Shown here in pieces: positions 30,282-39,676 of a DNA stretch of 64,000 nt. The stretch is taken from the NCBI GenBank assembly GCA_963793305.1, contig CAWBZV010000005.1, positions 1,056,001 through 1,120,000 on the forward strand, in the 5' to 3' direction. A program made the translations under genes and the position numbers. Position 1 is the first letter of the stretch, and every line of letters begins with the position of its first letter. The notes beneath the pieces are model-generated. The model was not told the DNA's origin, ran no database searches, and saw only the letters and a list, made by a program, of their open reading frames with translations. The stretch comes from an uncultured Gemmatimonadales bacterium (GTDB lineage Bacteria > Gemmatimonadota > Gemmatimonadetes > Gemmatimonadales > Gemmatimonadaceae).

Positions 30282-31247
30282 TCGCGATCGTCTTCACCGG
30301 CGGGACCATTTCCATGCGCATCGACCCCGCCGCCGGTGGCGCCGTCCCATCGCTCACCGGCGCGAAGTTGGTGGATCTCGCGCCCGGCATTGCAATCGAT
30401 CGCCGAGATCGAGATGCACGAATGGGCGACCATGCCCGGCGCGCATTTCACGGTCGACCAGATGTGGTCCCTGCGCGGCTACATCGCCGATCTCGTCGCG
30501 CGGCCCGACATTGACGGCGTCGTCGTCACGCAAGGGACGGACACGATCGAAGAGACGTTGTATCTCACCCATCGCTCGCTCGTGACGGCAAAGCCCGTCG
30601 TCTTCACGGGCGCCATGCGCACGTCCGAGGACCTCGGCTGGGACGGCCCATTGAACTTGACCGACTCGGTTCGAGTCGCCGCTTCACCGGATGCCAAGAA
30701 CGCCGGCGTGTTGGTCGTATTCAACTCGCGGATCTATACGGCGGGTGACGTCACCAAAGTCCACACGTACATGCTCGATGCCTTCGACAGCCCGGGCCTG
30801 GGCCCGCTCGGCGTACTCGACGAGGGCCGCGTGCTGTTTCGCCGGAGTCTCCCGGGCGATCGCGAGACCCTCACTCCGGAAAAGCCGGCGACGCCCGTCG
30901 ACATCGTCTACGCGTACGCGGGAGCCGATGGTCGGATACTCGATGCCCTGAGATCCGAGGGCAGGGGAGTCGTCGTCGCCGCGCTGGGTCGGGGCAACAC
31001 CCCGCTCGCCATGTTCGAAGCAATCAAACGCTGGATCGCCGACGGCAAGCCCGTGGTGATCACGAGCCGCGCGGCTCGCGGTCGCGTCGGTCCGACGTAT
31101 GGATTCCCGGGCGGCGGCCGCTCTCTTTACGCAGCTGGCGCGATCTTCGCGGGCGCCCGACGGCCAGCGCAGGCGCGTATCGATCTCATGCTCGCACTAG
31201 GCGCCAGGCTCGAGGGCGATCAACTCATCGCCGCCTTCTCGCACTGA
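30278..31247 (+). CDS. L-asparaginase (apparent +1 frameshift near 30394)
   Basis: FTGGTISM in first frame; QGTDTIEET, TGAMR, ALGRGN, SRAARG in second frame. Confidence 0.88.
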
Positions 31248-31392
31248 CACGAATGGGTGGGTTAGATGCTTAAGCACCGAGCTGAGCCATGGGACGAAAG
31301 CGGGTGTGCCAGCAAGTGCAGGATCGAAGAACGCGAGCGCTCAACCTTGCCCAGGTCGGGCTGCCAGTTCGACCTCGTTCCTGCTGTCTACC

Positions 31393-31428
31393 TTGCGAAT
31401 CATAGTGAAGTCACTATGATGTCATCAT
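31393..31428 (+). promoter_or_regulatory. Promoter TTGCGA-N16-TATGAT with overlapping palindromic operator
   Basis: ATCATAGTGA-AG-TCACTATGAT (31399-31420); ATG of the RHH gene 6 nt after the -10. Confidence 0.7.
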
Positions 31429-31639
31429 GAATCGCAAGGGCAGTAACGGATCATCCAAGCGGCGTCCCGCCTCGGTGCGGGTGCCGCTGACGGTGCGGCT
31501 GCCTGAGGACATTGTCGAGCGTATAGACCAGCAGCTCGACGATCGCGACGTTCCGCTTTCTAGAAATAACTGGCTTCTGGAAGCCGCGATTGAGAAATTG
31601 CGCCGCTGTGGACCGGAGGCGTCACTTGGCAAGAAGTGA
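31427..31639 (+). CDS. Ribbon-helix-helix (CopG/Arc-like) DNA-binding protein
   Basis: VPLTVRLPEDIVERID...LSRNNWLLEAAIEKL pattern (beta strand-helix-helix). Confidence 0.75.
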   Translation: MNRKGSNGSSKRRPASVRVPLTVRLPEDIVERIDQQLDDRDVPLSRNNWLLEAAIEKLRRCGPEASLGKK

Positions 31640-32672
31640 TCTGCTGGTGTCACTTATCAAAGCCGGAACGCTCGGCGACAAGCGAAGTTTCCGCAGTGCC
31701 GCCGAGGCGATCATCGCAGAGGAGCGCGCCAAGCACCACAATGTTCTCGCTGACACCCTGGCTGAAGTGGTTCAGCGAAATGGATCGGGCGGCTCGAATG
31801 GGTCAATCGCGATGGCCGCCGTCCAGACGGACGCCTCGCCGCGTGGCCGTGAATTCATTGCCGAAATCACGCCACGTCGACGCCTCGATGATCTGATACT
31901 CCCGGCGGTCGTGCGCCGTGCGGTTAACGAGCTGATTGAGGAACAGCACCGGGCCGACCTGTTGCGCGCCAACGGTCTCGAGCCGCGGCACCGCGTTCTC
32001 CTCGTCGGCCAGCCCGGAACGGGCAAGACGACGCTGGCAGAAGCGATAGCCGAAGCTACGGGTGTGCCGTTGTTCGTGGTTCGGTACGAGGCCATGATCG
32101 GCAGTTATCTCGGCGAGACCGCCACTCGAATGAAGCGCGTGTTCGACTACGCGCGCACGACTCCTTGCGTTCTCTTCTTCGATGAATTCGACGCGATTGG
32201 CAAGGAGCGCGGCGATTTTCATGAGACGGGCGAAATCAAGCGTGTGGTGACGTCATTGCTGATGCAAGTCGATGACCTACCCAGCTACACGATCCTCGCG
32301 GCGGCAACGAACCATCCCGAGCTGCTCGATCGAGCTTCGTGGCGGCGCTTTCAGATCCGACTGCCACTACCGCTCCCTGATGCCCGCGCGCTGACCCGAT
32401 ACATCCAGGCATTCGCAGAACAGATCCGCGAGCCGCTCGGCCTCGAGCCCGCTACCATCGCGCGTCGTCTCGGGGCCATCAGTTTTGCCGAGGTCGAGCA
32501 ATTCTGTATCGACGTCAGACGACGCAGCGTGTTGACGATCGGCGACAAGCTGGTAAAGAACATCGTTGCCGACCAGCTCGACGTTTGGGATTCGCGCGCG
32601 CGTGCAGGACCATCAGGCAAGGGAGGTAAGAGAGGTGGCCGAACGCCCTCTATTGATCCTTCCCGCCGCTGA
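31626..32672 (+). CDS. AAA+ ATPase, IetA-like
   Basis: TTG start after GGAGG; Walker A GQPGTGKT, SYLGET, Walker B LFFDEFD, GEIKRVV, ATNHPELLDRASWRRF. Confidence 0.9.
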   Translation: MARSDLLVSLIKAGTLGDKRSFRSAAEAIIAEERAKHHNVLADTLAEVVQRNGSGGSNGSIAMAAVQTDASPRGREFIAEITPRRRLDDLILPAVVRRAVNELIEEQHRADLLRANGLEPRHRVLLVGQPGTGKTTLAEAIAEATGVPLFVVRYEAMIGSYLGETATRMKRVFDYARTTPCVLFFDEFDAIGKERGDFHETGEIKRVVTSLLMQVDDLPSYTILAAATNHPELLDRASWRRFQIRLPLPLPDARALTRYIQAFAEQIREPLGLEPATIARRLGAISFAEVEQFCIDVRRRSVLTIGDKLVKNIVADQLDVWDSRARAGPSGKGGKRGGRTPSIDPSRR

Positions 32673-34732
32673 GCACATTGGGCCGCCGAAGCTCGGAAGC
32701 GGTGGCTCCAAGCCGATCACTCCGAACGCATCCCGATCGGCCAGTCAGAACGGAAGTCGAGCTCTGGTTTCGGCGCACGGCCGAGCGTCGCGATCAGGCT
32801 GCGCGTGAATTCCGGGCGACCGTCACCGCGGCGGGTGGGGCGATCGTTCATGAGGCGACGATTGCCGAAATCGCCTACCAGGGAGCGTTGATCGACATCC
32901 CCGCCGCCGCGATTCCCGAACTGATCGAGCGGCGCCAAGTTGCACTCGCGCTCGCCGATGACGTGATGTTCTTGCGGCCACAGACGGTGCTCTCGGCCCC
33001 GGGAGAGAGTGATAGCTCTGAAGACGGCCAGCCCTCCGACACTCTGCCTCTTCCCAGCGACGCACCGATCGCCGCACTGCTCGATGGTGTGCCTTTGCAA
33101 GGACACGAGCGCCTGGCGGGCCGCTTGACGCTCGATGACCCGGACGACCTGCAAGAGCTTGCACTCGTCAATCGCCGTTTTCACGGTACCGCCATGGCGT
33201 CACTCATTCTTCACGGCGACTTGAACGTACACAGCTTGCCGTTGAGCCGGCCGCTCTACGTGCGTCCCGTGATGATCACATCCGATAATGCGGCCCTCGA
33301 TGAACATACACCGGCGGACCGTCTGCTCATCGACACGCTCTATCGCGCGATCCTGCGGATCGAGGGCACGCCAGAGCAGCCGGGCATCGCGCCGACCGTG
33401 TTTCTGGTCAATCTGTCCCTGGGCGATCGCCGGCGCCCATTCGCGAATCTCGTCAGCCCACTCGCGCGGCTGCTCGACTTCCTCGCGGCGAAGTACGGCA
33501 TCGTTTTTCTGGTGAGTGCTGGTAACGTCACCGATCAACTGACACTGCCTGAATTCAAGCAGTGGAGCGAGTTCCAAGCCGCAACGTCGGAGACGCGCGA
33601 ACGCGCTGTTCTGTCGGCGTTGTTCGCGGCGAAGCACGAACGCTCGCTGCTCTCACCGGCTGAAGCGGTGAACGCGATCACGGTCGGCGCCCAACACACC
33701 GATAACGTGGTCGATCGCATGGTCGCGAACATGGCGGTCGACCCGTTCGCTGATCCGGCGCTTCCGAATGTGAGCTGTGCCCTCGGCCTCGGTTACCGGC
33801 GCGCGGTCAAACCCGATCTCTATCTGCCTGCCGGCCGCGAGTACGTGCGTATGGCCGCAGCGGGCTCGGACGTGCGCTTGATGTTCGGTCGTCCAAACCG
33901 CATGTATGGTCTCTGCGCTGCCGCACCGGACACAGATCTCGCCGGCAGGTTGAATCGGACCGTCTATACTGACGGGACGAGTGCTGCAACCGCGCTCGCC
34001 ACTCGCGCGGCGCATTCGATTTTCGACTCGTTGATGGACCGCAACGGGGGGTCGCTGCTGGCCGATATCCCGTCTGATTATTACGGCGTCGTGGTCAAGA
34101 CGCTTCTGATCCACAGCGCGCGCTGGAACGAGAAAGGCGACCTCCTCAAGGAGATCTGCGGGCCCAGCGATCCGAAACGGTTCGCCGAACGCACGGAAAA
34201 CGCGACGCGCTTTCTCGGATTCGGCGTGCCCGATATCCGAAGGGTGCTCGATTGCGCCGAAAGTCAAGCGACGCTCGTCGGCTACGGAACGCTGCAGCCC
34301 GACCACGCGCACAAGTATCGCATCCCGCTGCCGCCATCGCTCCAAGGCGTGACGAATCCGCGCGAGCTGGCCATTACGCTCGCGTGGTTCACCTCCGTCA
34401 AGCCTGGACATCAGAGCTACCGCACGGTGAAGCTCGAGGCCGCGCCGATTCGCCCCGATGAGGCGCTCGGCGTCACGCGCTTCAAGGATCAGCCGGGGGA
34501 CCCTTCGGTAAAAAAGGGCACGGTCTTTCATGAGCGGTTGTCAGGCAAGCGAGCCGTGCCTTACATCGACGACGGCCACCTGTCCGTGCAAGTATGGTGC
34601 AAAGACGATGCGGGCAATGGCGGCGCTGCCGTGCGCTACGCGGTCGCAGTAACCATTGAGGCGGGGAAACTACTGCCCATCTATGAGGAAGTGCGCGAGC
34701 GCCTGCGCGTTCGGCCACAGCCGCCCGCCTGA
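32635..34732 (+). CDS. Subtilisin-like S8 serine protease, IetS-like (apparent +1 frameshift near 32726)
   Basis: GGAGGT RBS + GTG; triad motifs ALLDG, FHGTAMASLI, DGTSAATA; NLSLG, VSAGN, AITVGA, VKPDL. Confidence 0.85.
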
Positions 34733-34757
34733 TATTCGCGTTTGCTTTTCATGCTGA

Positions 34758-35177
34758 TCAACCCGAACCGCGCGCCTGCGGGACATAGTCCCACACCGAG
34801 AAACACTGCCACCCGAACTCGCGCGCGGCCCGCACCTGATCAGGTGTGCCGCGTTTATCCACCCAGCCTTCTTGGGCGGCCCGCCACGCGCAGTCCCACA
34901 CGAACGCGAACGTTCGCGCTCTATCGTGGACGATCTCGGCCGCCACCGTCCCCCGGTAGTCGGCGCACCCGGAAATGCCTTCGATGCGCACCCGGTCAAT
35001 GACGAGATCGGGATGCGTCGCGATGAGCTGCGTGATGACCCGCAGCACCTTGATCCGCGGCGCCGCCCGCAGGATGACGACGCGCGAGGCGTCGCGATAA
35101 TCCGCATAGGCCCGGATGTCGGCCTGAAACTCCGGCGTCGATCGCGAGGCCGCCAAGCACGCATTGAGAGAGATCAC
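34758..35177 (-). CDS. Hypothetical protein (Trp/Cys-containing)
   Basis: 139 aa ORF divergent from the CCA gene; SGCADYRG, FVWDCAWRA, PDQVRAAREFGWQCF. Confidence 0.65.
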   Translation of the reverse strand: MISLNACLAASRSTPEFQADIRAYADYRDASRVVILRAAPRIKVLRVITQLIATHPDLVIDRVRIEGISGCADYRGTVAAEIVHDRARTFAFVWDCAWRAAQEGWVDKRGTPDQVRAAREFGWQCFSVWDYVPQARGSG

Positions 35178-35194
35178 CGTATAATTATGCCACC

Positions 35195-36454
35195 GTGCTC
35201 GAACCGCCGCCGGTAGTCCTCGACATTTACGACAAACTCGAACGCGCCGGATACGACACGTGGTGCGTCGGCGGTGCCGTGCGCGACGCGCTCCTCGGGC
35301 TTCCCAATGCTGACTGGGACCTGGCCACCGCGGCCACGCCCCAGGAGGTCATGCGCCTCTTCCGGCGTCACGTGCCGCTCGGCGTCGAGCACGGCACGGT
35401 TGGCGTGCTCGACCGCCATAACGTGGCCCACGAGGTGACCACATTCCGGCGAGACGTTGAGACCGATGGCCGCCACGCGGTCGTGAAATTCGGGGCCACA
35501 CTCGACGAAGACCTCGCGCGCCGCGACTTCACCATCAACGCGATCGCGTACAAGCCGCGCTCGGACGAGATCCGCGACCCGTTCGGAGGCCGTGCCGATC
35601 TCGCCCGCGGCATCGTCCGCGCCGTCGGGAATCCTTCGGATCGCATGCGCGAGGACCGCCTGCGCGCGCTCCGTGCGATCCGTTTCGCGGCCCGCTTCGA
35701 GTTCGACATCGACCCCGACTACCTGGACCGCCATTGTCGCCAGCGTCCCCGATCTCCCGACGACTCTCGGTCGAGCGCGATCACCCAGGAGATCGAGAAG
35801 ACGATGGAGCAAGTGCGCCGCCCGTCGCTGGCGTTTACGCGGTGGCGCTCTTCCGGCGCGCTCGCCAGCTCATGCCGGCATTCAGTGTCCATCGTGAACG
35901 ACGAGGTGACGATCACGTCACTCGATTGTCTTCCCGTTGCCATCTGGGCCACGCGAAGATCCGCGACAAGCGAATCGGCTCGCGGCACTGCTCTTCTCGA
36001 CGGCGAAGGGCGGCGTGCCACTCTCGACTGAGCCTGACGAAGCAGCGCATCAAATGGATCGAGGCGCTCGCCGAATCGTGGTCTGCGCTTACGGGCCGAC
36101 GATCACGGGAGATGCCACGCCGGCACAGATTCGGCAGTGGGTGTCGCGCATCGGCCGACTCAATACCGACCCGTTCTTTCGGATCGCGGCGGCGCGATGG
36201 ACGGCAGCGCCGTGCGACGTTTGCGCCGCCCGCAACCTCGCGCGAGCCTGTACGGACGTCGGTGCGAGCCGCGTTCCACAATCCGGTCGAGATCGGTAAT
36301 CTGGCGATCAATGGGAGCGATCTCCTGTTCTCGTGGCCATCCCGCCCGGACCCGCGCATGGGTCAGATTCTGGAGAGTCTCTTGGACTGAGGTGCTCGTC
36401 GACCCGGTCGCAACACCCGCGATACTTACTCGATGCACGCGCGCAGCTGCATGA
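35195..36454 (+). CDS. cca: CCA-adding tRNA nucleotidyltransferase (multiple frameshifts in 3' half)
   Basis: VGGAVRDALLG, DWDLAT, EVTTFRRD, DLARRDFTINA, EDRLRALRAIRFAARF; LAINGSDL tail in another frame. Confidence 0.85.
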
Positions 36455-36485
36455 CGCGATTCCGTTCTAGTTTTTAAAAATTTCT

Positions 36486-37020
36486 ATGTTTTTCCGCGGC
36501 CGACAACCTGAGAACGTCCATCTGGCGCCGGTTTCGCTCCGGGCTGGATGGCTTCACGTTTCTCAAAGAAGACGGATACTACGCGGCCCACGTGGTCGCG
36601 AACGCGGAGCGCGTGGTGGATCTCTTCTACGTGCTGGCCGAGCACCTGTCGCCGGCGGTCGACGTCGCGATCGAGGACAAGCGGAGCCAGCAGTCGTGGC
36701 GCGGCGAGCGCGTCGCGCTCCCGGACGTGCAGGATGCGATCGGCCGGCTCAAGGTGCCGCTCGCGGCGGCCGGCGGGATCGAGTTCTCCGTCTTCACGGC
36801 CGACGACCAACTCACGCTCAACCCGCAGCTGGAGCTGTTCATCTACTCCCGCAGCGACCGCTGGTACTATTTGCTGACGGGCATGGGCCTCGAAGAGCGC
36901 CGGTCGGTGCCGACGAAGAGCTGGAAAACCTCGCGCCACGCATATGACCCGGCGCCCGATTTGACCGATGCGCTGGCGGCAGCGGCCTCGCGATTGGGCC
37001 TCGCGCAGGCGCCGGCGTGA
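36486..37020 (+). CDS. Hypothetical protein (apparent +1 frameshift near 36513)
   Basis: MFFRGRQPE start joins the WRRFRSG...VVANAERVVDLF frame after removing one A; stop overlaps rarA start. Confidence 0.65.
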
Positions 37021-38345
37021 GCCCTGCTCGCCGTCGCGCCGCCGAGTCTGGCGATTCGCTCTTCGCATCGCAGGTCGGCGAGCCGCTCGCGGCCCGCATG
37101 CGACCCCAAACGCTCGACGAGTTCGCGGGCCAGCAGCGGATCATCGGCCCCGATACGCCGCTCCGCCTGGCGATCGAACGGGGCGTCGTCGACTCGCTGC
37201 TCTTCTGGGGACCACCCGGTTCGGGCAAGACAACACTCGCTCGCCTCATCGCGCGCTATACCGACCGCGTGTTCGTGCCGTTCTCCGCGGTGGTTGATGG
37301 TATTCCGCGCATTCGCGAAGTCGTCGCCGAGGCGGCGGGTCGTCGCGCCGAGGGGCGGGGCACCATTCTCTTCGTGGACGAAATCCACAGGTTGAACCGC
37401 GCTCAGCAAGACGCATTTCTTCCACACGTCGAAAACGGGACATTCACCCTGATCGGCGCAACGACCGAAAATCCGTCGTTCGAAATCAACGGCGCGCTCT
37501 TATCGCGGCTTCGGGTCTTCGTTCTCGACCCGTTGAGCACCGACGACCTCGTCCGTCTCGCCGAGCGCGGCCTGGGTTCGCTCGGCGTACAAGCCGAAGA
37601 AGACGCCCTACGGCTTATCGCCGAAAGCGCGGACGGTGACGCGCGCCGTGCGTTGAATGCGATCGAGGCGGCCGCGATGCAAGTCGGGGCCGGAGGCATG
37701 ATCACCCCGCAAATCGCGGTCGCCGCCCTACAGACGCGCATGCCGCGATACGACAAGTCGGGTGAAGAGCACTTCAATCTCATCTCGGCGTATCACAAGG
37801 CTTTGCGTGGAAGTGACCCACAGGGCGCCTTATACTGGCTGGCAAGAATGATCGAAGGCGGCGAAGACCCTATGTACATCGCCCGCCGAACGGTGCGGTT
37901 CGCGGCGGAAGACGTGGGCCTCGCGGATCCACAAGCGCTGCAAATCGCGATCGCTGCCCGCGACACGTATCACTTTCTCGGGTCACCCGAGGGCGAGCTC
38001 GCCCTCGCCGAAGCCGCGGTCTACCTCGCGACGGCTCCCAAGTCGAACAAGGTCTATCAAGCCTGGGGCGCCGCGCTCGAGCTCGCGCGACGCACGCCGG
38101 CCGCGGCGGTGCCCATGCACATTCGCAATGCGCCGACGCGTCTCATGAAGGAACTGGGATATGGACGTGGGTACCAGTATGCGCACTCGGTGCCCGAGGC
38201 GTACATTCCTCAGGAATATTTGCCGGACGAAGTCGCGGGCGAAGTGCTCTACGAGCCTGGCGCATTCGGGTTCGAGAAAGAGATCGCGAAACGACTCGCG
38301 TGGTGGAAGGAGCTCAAGGAGAAAGGCACATCGCACGATCACTGA
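37017..38345 (+). CDS. rarA: Replication-associated recombination protein A (MgsA)
   Basis: PLAARMRP, WGPPGSGKTT, FVDEIHR, GATTENPSF, ISAYHKALRGSDP, EDVGLADP, APKSN. Confidence 0.96.
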   Translation: MSPARRRAAESGDSLFASQVGEPLAARMRPQTLDEFAGQQRIIGPDTPLRLAIERGVVDSLLFWGPPGSGKTTLARLIARYTDRVFVPFSAVVDGIPRIREVVAEAAGRRAEGRGTILFVDEIHRLNRAQQDAFLPHVENGTFTLIGATTENPSFEINGALLSRLRVFVLDPLSTDDLVRLAERGLGSLGVQAEEDALRLIAESADGDARRALNAIEAAAMQVGAGGMITPQIAVAALQTRMPRYDKSGEEHFNLISAYHKALRGSDPQGALYWLARMIEGGEDPMYIARRTVRFAAEDVGLADPQALQIAIAARDTYHFLGSPEGELALAEAAVYLATAPKSNKVYQAWGAALELARRTPAAAVPMHIRNAPTRLMKELGYGRGYQYAHSVPEAYIPQEYLPDEVAGEVLYEPGAFGFEKEIAKRLAWWKELKEKGTSHDH

Positions 38346-39625
38346 TTTCGCTGACCCCGCCGATCGAACGCGCGCTCCTCATTGGCGCGCCACTCAAGCG
38401 ATCGGCGGACCGCCATCAGATCGACGAGCACCTCGAAGAGCTCGCCCGGCTGGCGGATACGGCCGGTGCGGTCGTCGTCGGCGAGCTGACGCAGAAGCTC
38501 GACCGCCCCGATCCCGCGACGTACCTCGGCAAAGGCAAGATCGACGAGCTCAAGGCTCTCGTGGAGGCGCAGCAAGCAACGCTCGTGATTTTCGACGACC
38601 AGCTGACGCCAGCCCAAGGCCGCAATGTCGAAGAAGTCACCGGTCGCCGCGTGATGGATCGCCCCGAGTTGATCCTCGACATTTTCGCGACCCGGGCGCG
38701 CACCGCCGAAGCCAAGCTGCAGGTCGAGCTCGCGCAACTCGAATACCTGCTCCCGCGCCTGACGCGTATGTGGGCCCACCTCGAAGGGCAACGCGGCGGT
38801 ATCGGCCTCAGGGGTCCCGGCGAAACACAGCTCGAAACCGACCGGCGGCTGATCAACAACCGCATTCGCTTGCTCAAAGACCGCCTGACCGATGTCGAGC
38901 GGGCACGCGCGATCCAACGCCAGTCCCGAAAGAACGCGTTCAGGGTATCGCTGGTCGGGTACACCAACGCCGGGAAATCCTCGATCCTCCGCGCGTTGAC
39001 CGGGGCCGACGACATCGTGGTCGAGGATCGTTTGTTTGCAACGTTGGATCCGTTGACCCGAGAGATCGAGCTCGAAGGCAACTCGCACGTACTGGTTACG
39101 GACACCGTAGGGTTCATTCGGAAGCTGCCGCACAACCTCGTCGCGTCATTCCGAGCGACCCTCGAAGAGGTCACCGAGGCGGATCTTCTCCTGCACGTGA
39201 TCGACGCCAACCATCCCGCATGGGAGGAACAAAAGGCGGTCGTCGAGCAGGTGCTCTCCGAGATCGGGGCGGCCGAGAAACCGGTCATGTACGTCTTCAA
39301 CAAGATGGATACGGTTCCGCTCGCCAACCGAGAACCGTTTATGGAGCGCGTGCGTAATCTCCTTCCGGGCGCGGTTTTCGTGTCGGTGGCCGACAATCGC
39401 CTCGACGAGCTTCGCGGCGCGCTCGTTGCATCCGTGCGAGAATCGAGGCCCATAACGCAGGTCACTTTGTCGGCGACCGATGGGAAGCTTCTCGCGGAGC
39501 TCCATAGGGACGCCGAAGTGCTGGATATACAGAACGACGGTGCCAACGTGGTCGTCAAAGCGCGGTTGGATAACGCACTCGCGGGCCGGTTGCGGCGGGC
39601 CGGCGCACGCGTCTCACAAAGGTGA
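38330..39625 (+). CDS. hflX: GTPase HflX (probable ATC start; track start 38300)
   Basis: LILDIF..RA.T.EAKLQVELAQL, GPGETQLE, GYTNAGKS, LFATLD, DTVGFI, FNKMD. Confidence 0.95.
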   Translation: MARSLISLTPPIERALLIGAPLKRSADRHQIDEHLEELARLADTAGAVVVGELTQKLDRPDPATYLGKGKIDELKALVEAQQATLVIFDDQLTPAQGRNVEEVTGRRVMDRPELILDIFATRARTAEAKLQVELAQLEYLLPRLTRMWAHLEGQRGGIGLRGPGETQLETDRRLINNRIRLLKDRLTDVERARAIQRQSRKNAFRVSLVGYTNAGKSSILRALTGADDIVVEDRLFATLDPLTREIELEGNSHVLVTDTVGFIRKLPHNLVASFRATLEEVTEADLLLHVIDANHPAWEEQKAVVEQVLSEIGAAEKPVMYVFNKMDTVPLANREPFMERVRNLLPGAVFVSVADNRLDELRGALVASVRESRPITQVTLSATDGKLLAELHRDAEVLDIQNDGANVVVKARLDNALAGRLRRAGARVSQR

Positions 39626-39676
39626 GGCTTTGGTAACGCCCACGGTCACACCGACTTTGCCGCTGGCGTCGAGCGG

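Noticed and set aside
35700..36454. cca as a true pseudogene
   Set aside because: Motifs remain intact across frames and errors cluster locally; low-quality consensus is more plausible. Needs reads to settle.
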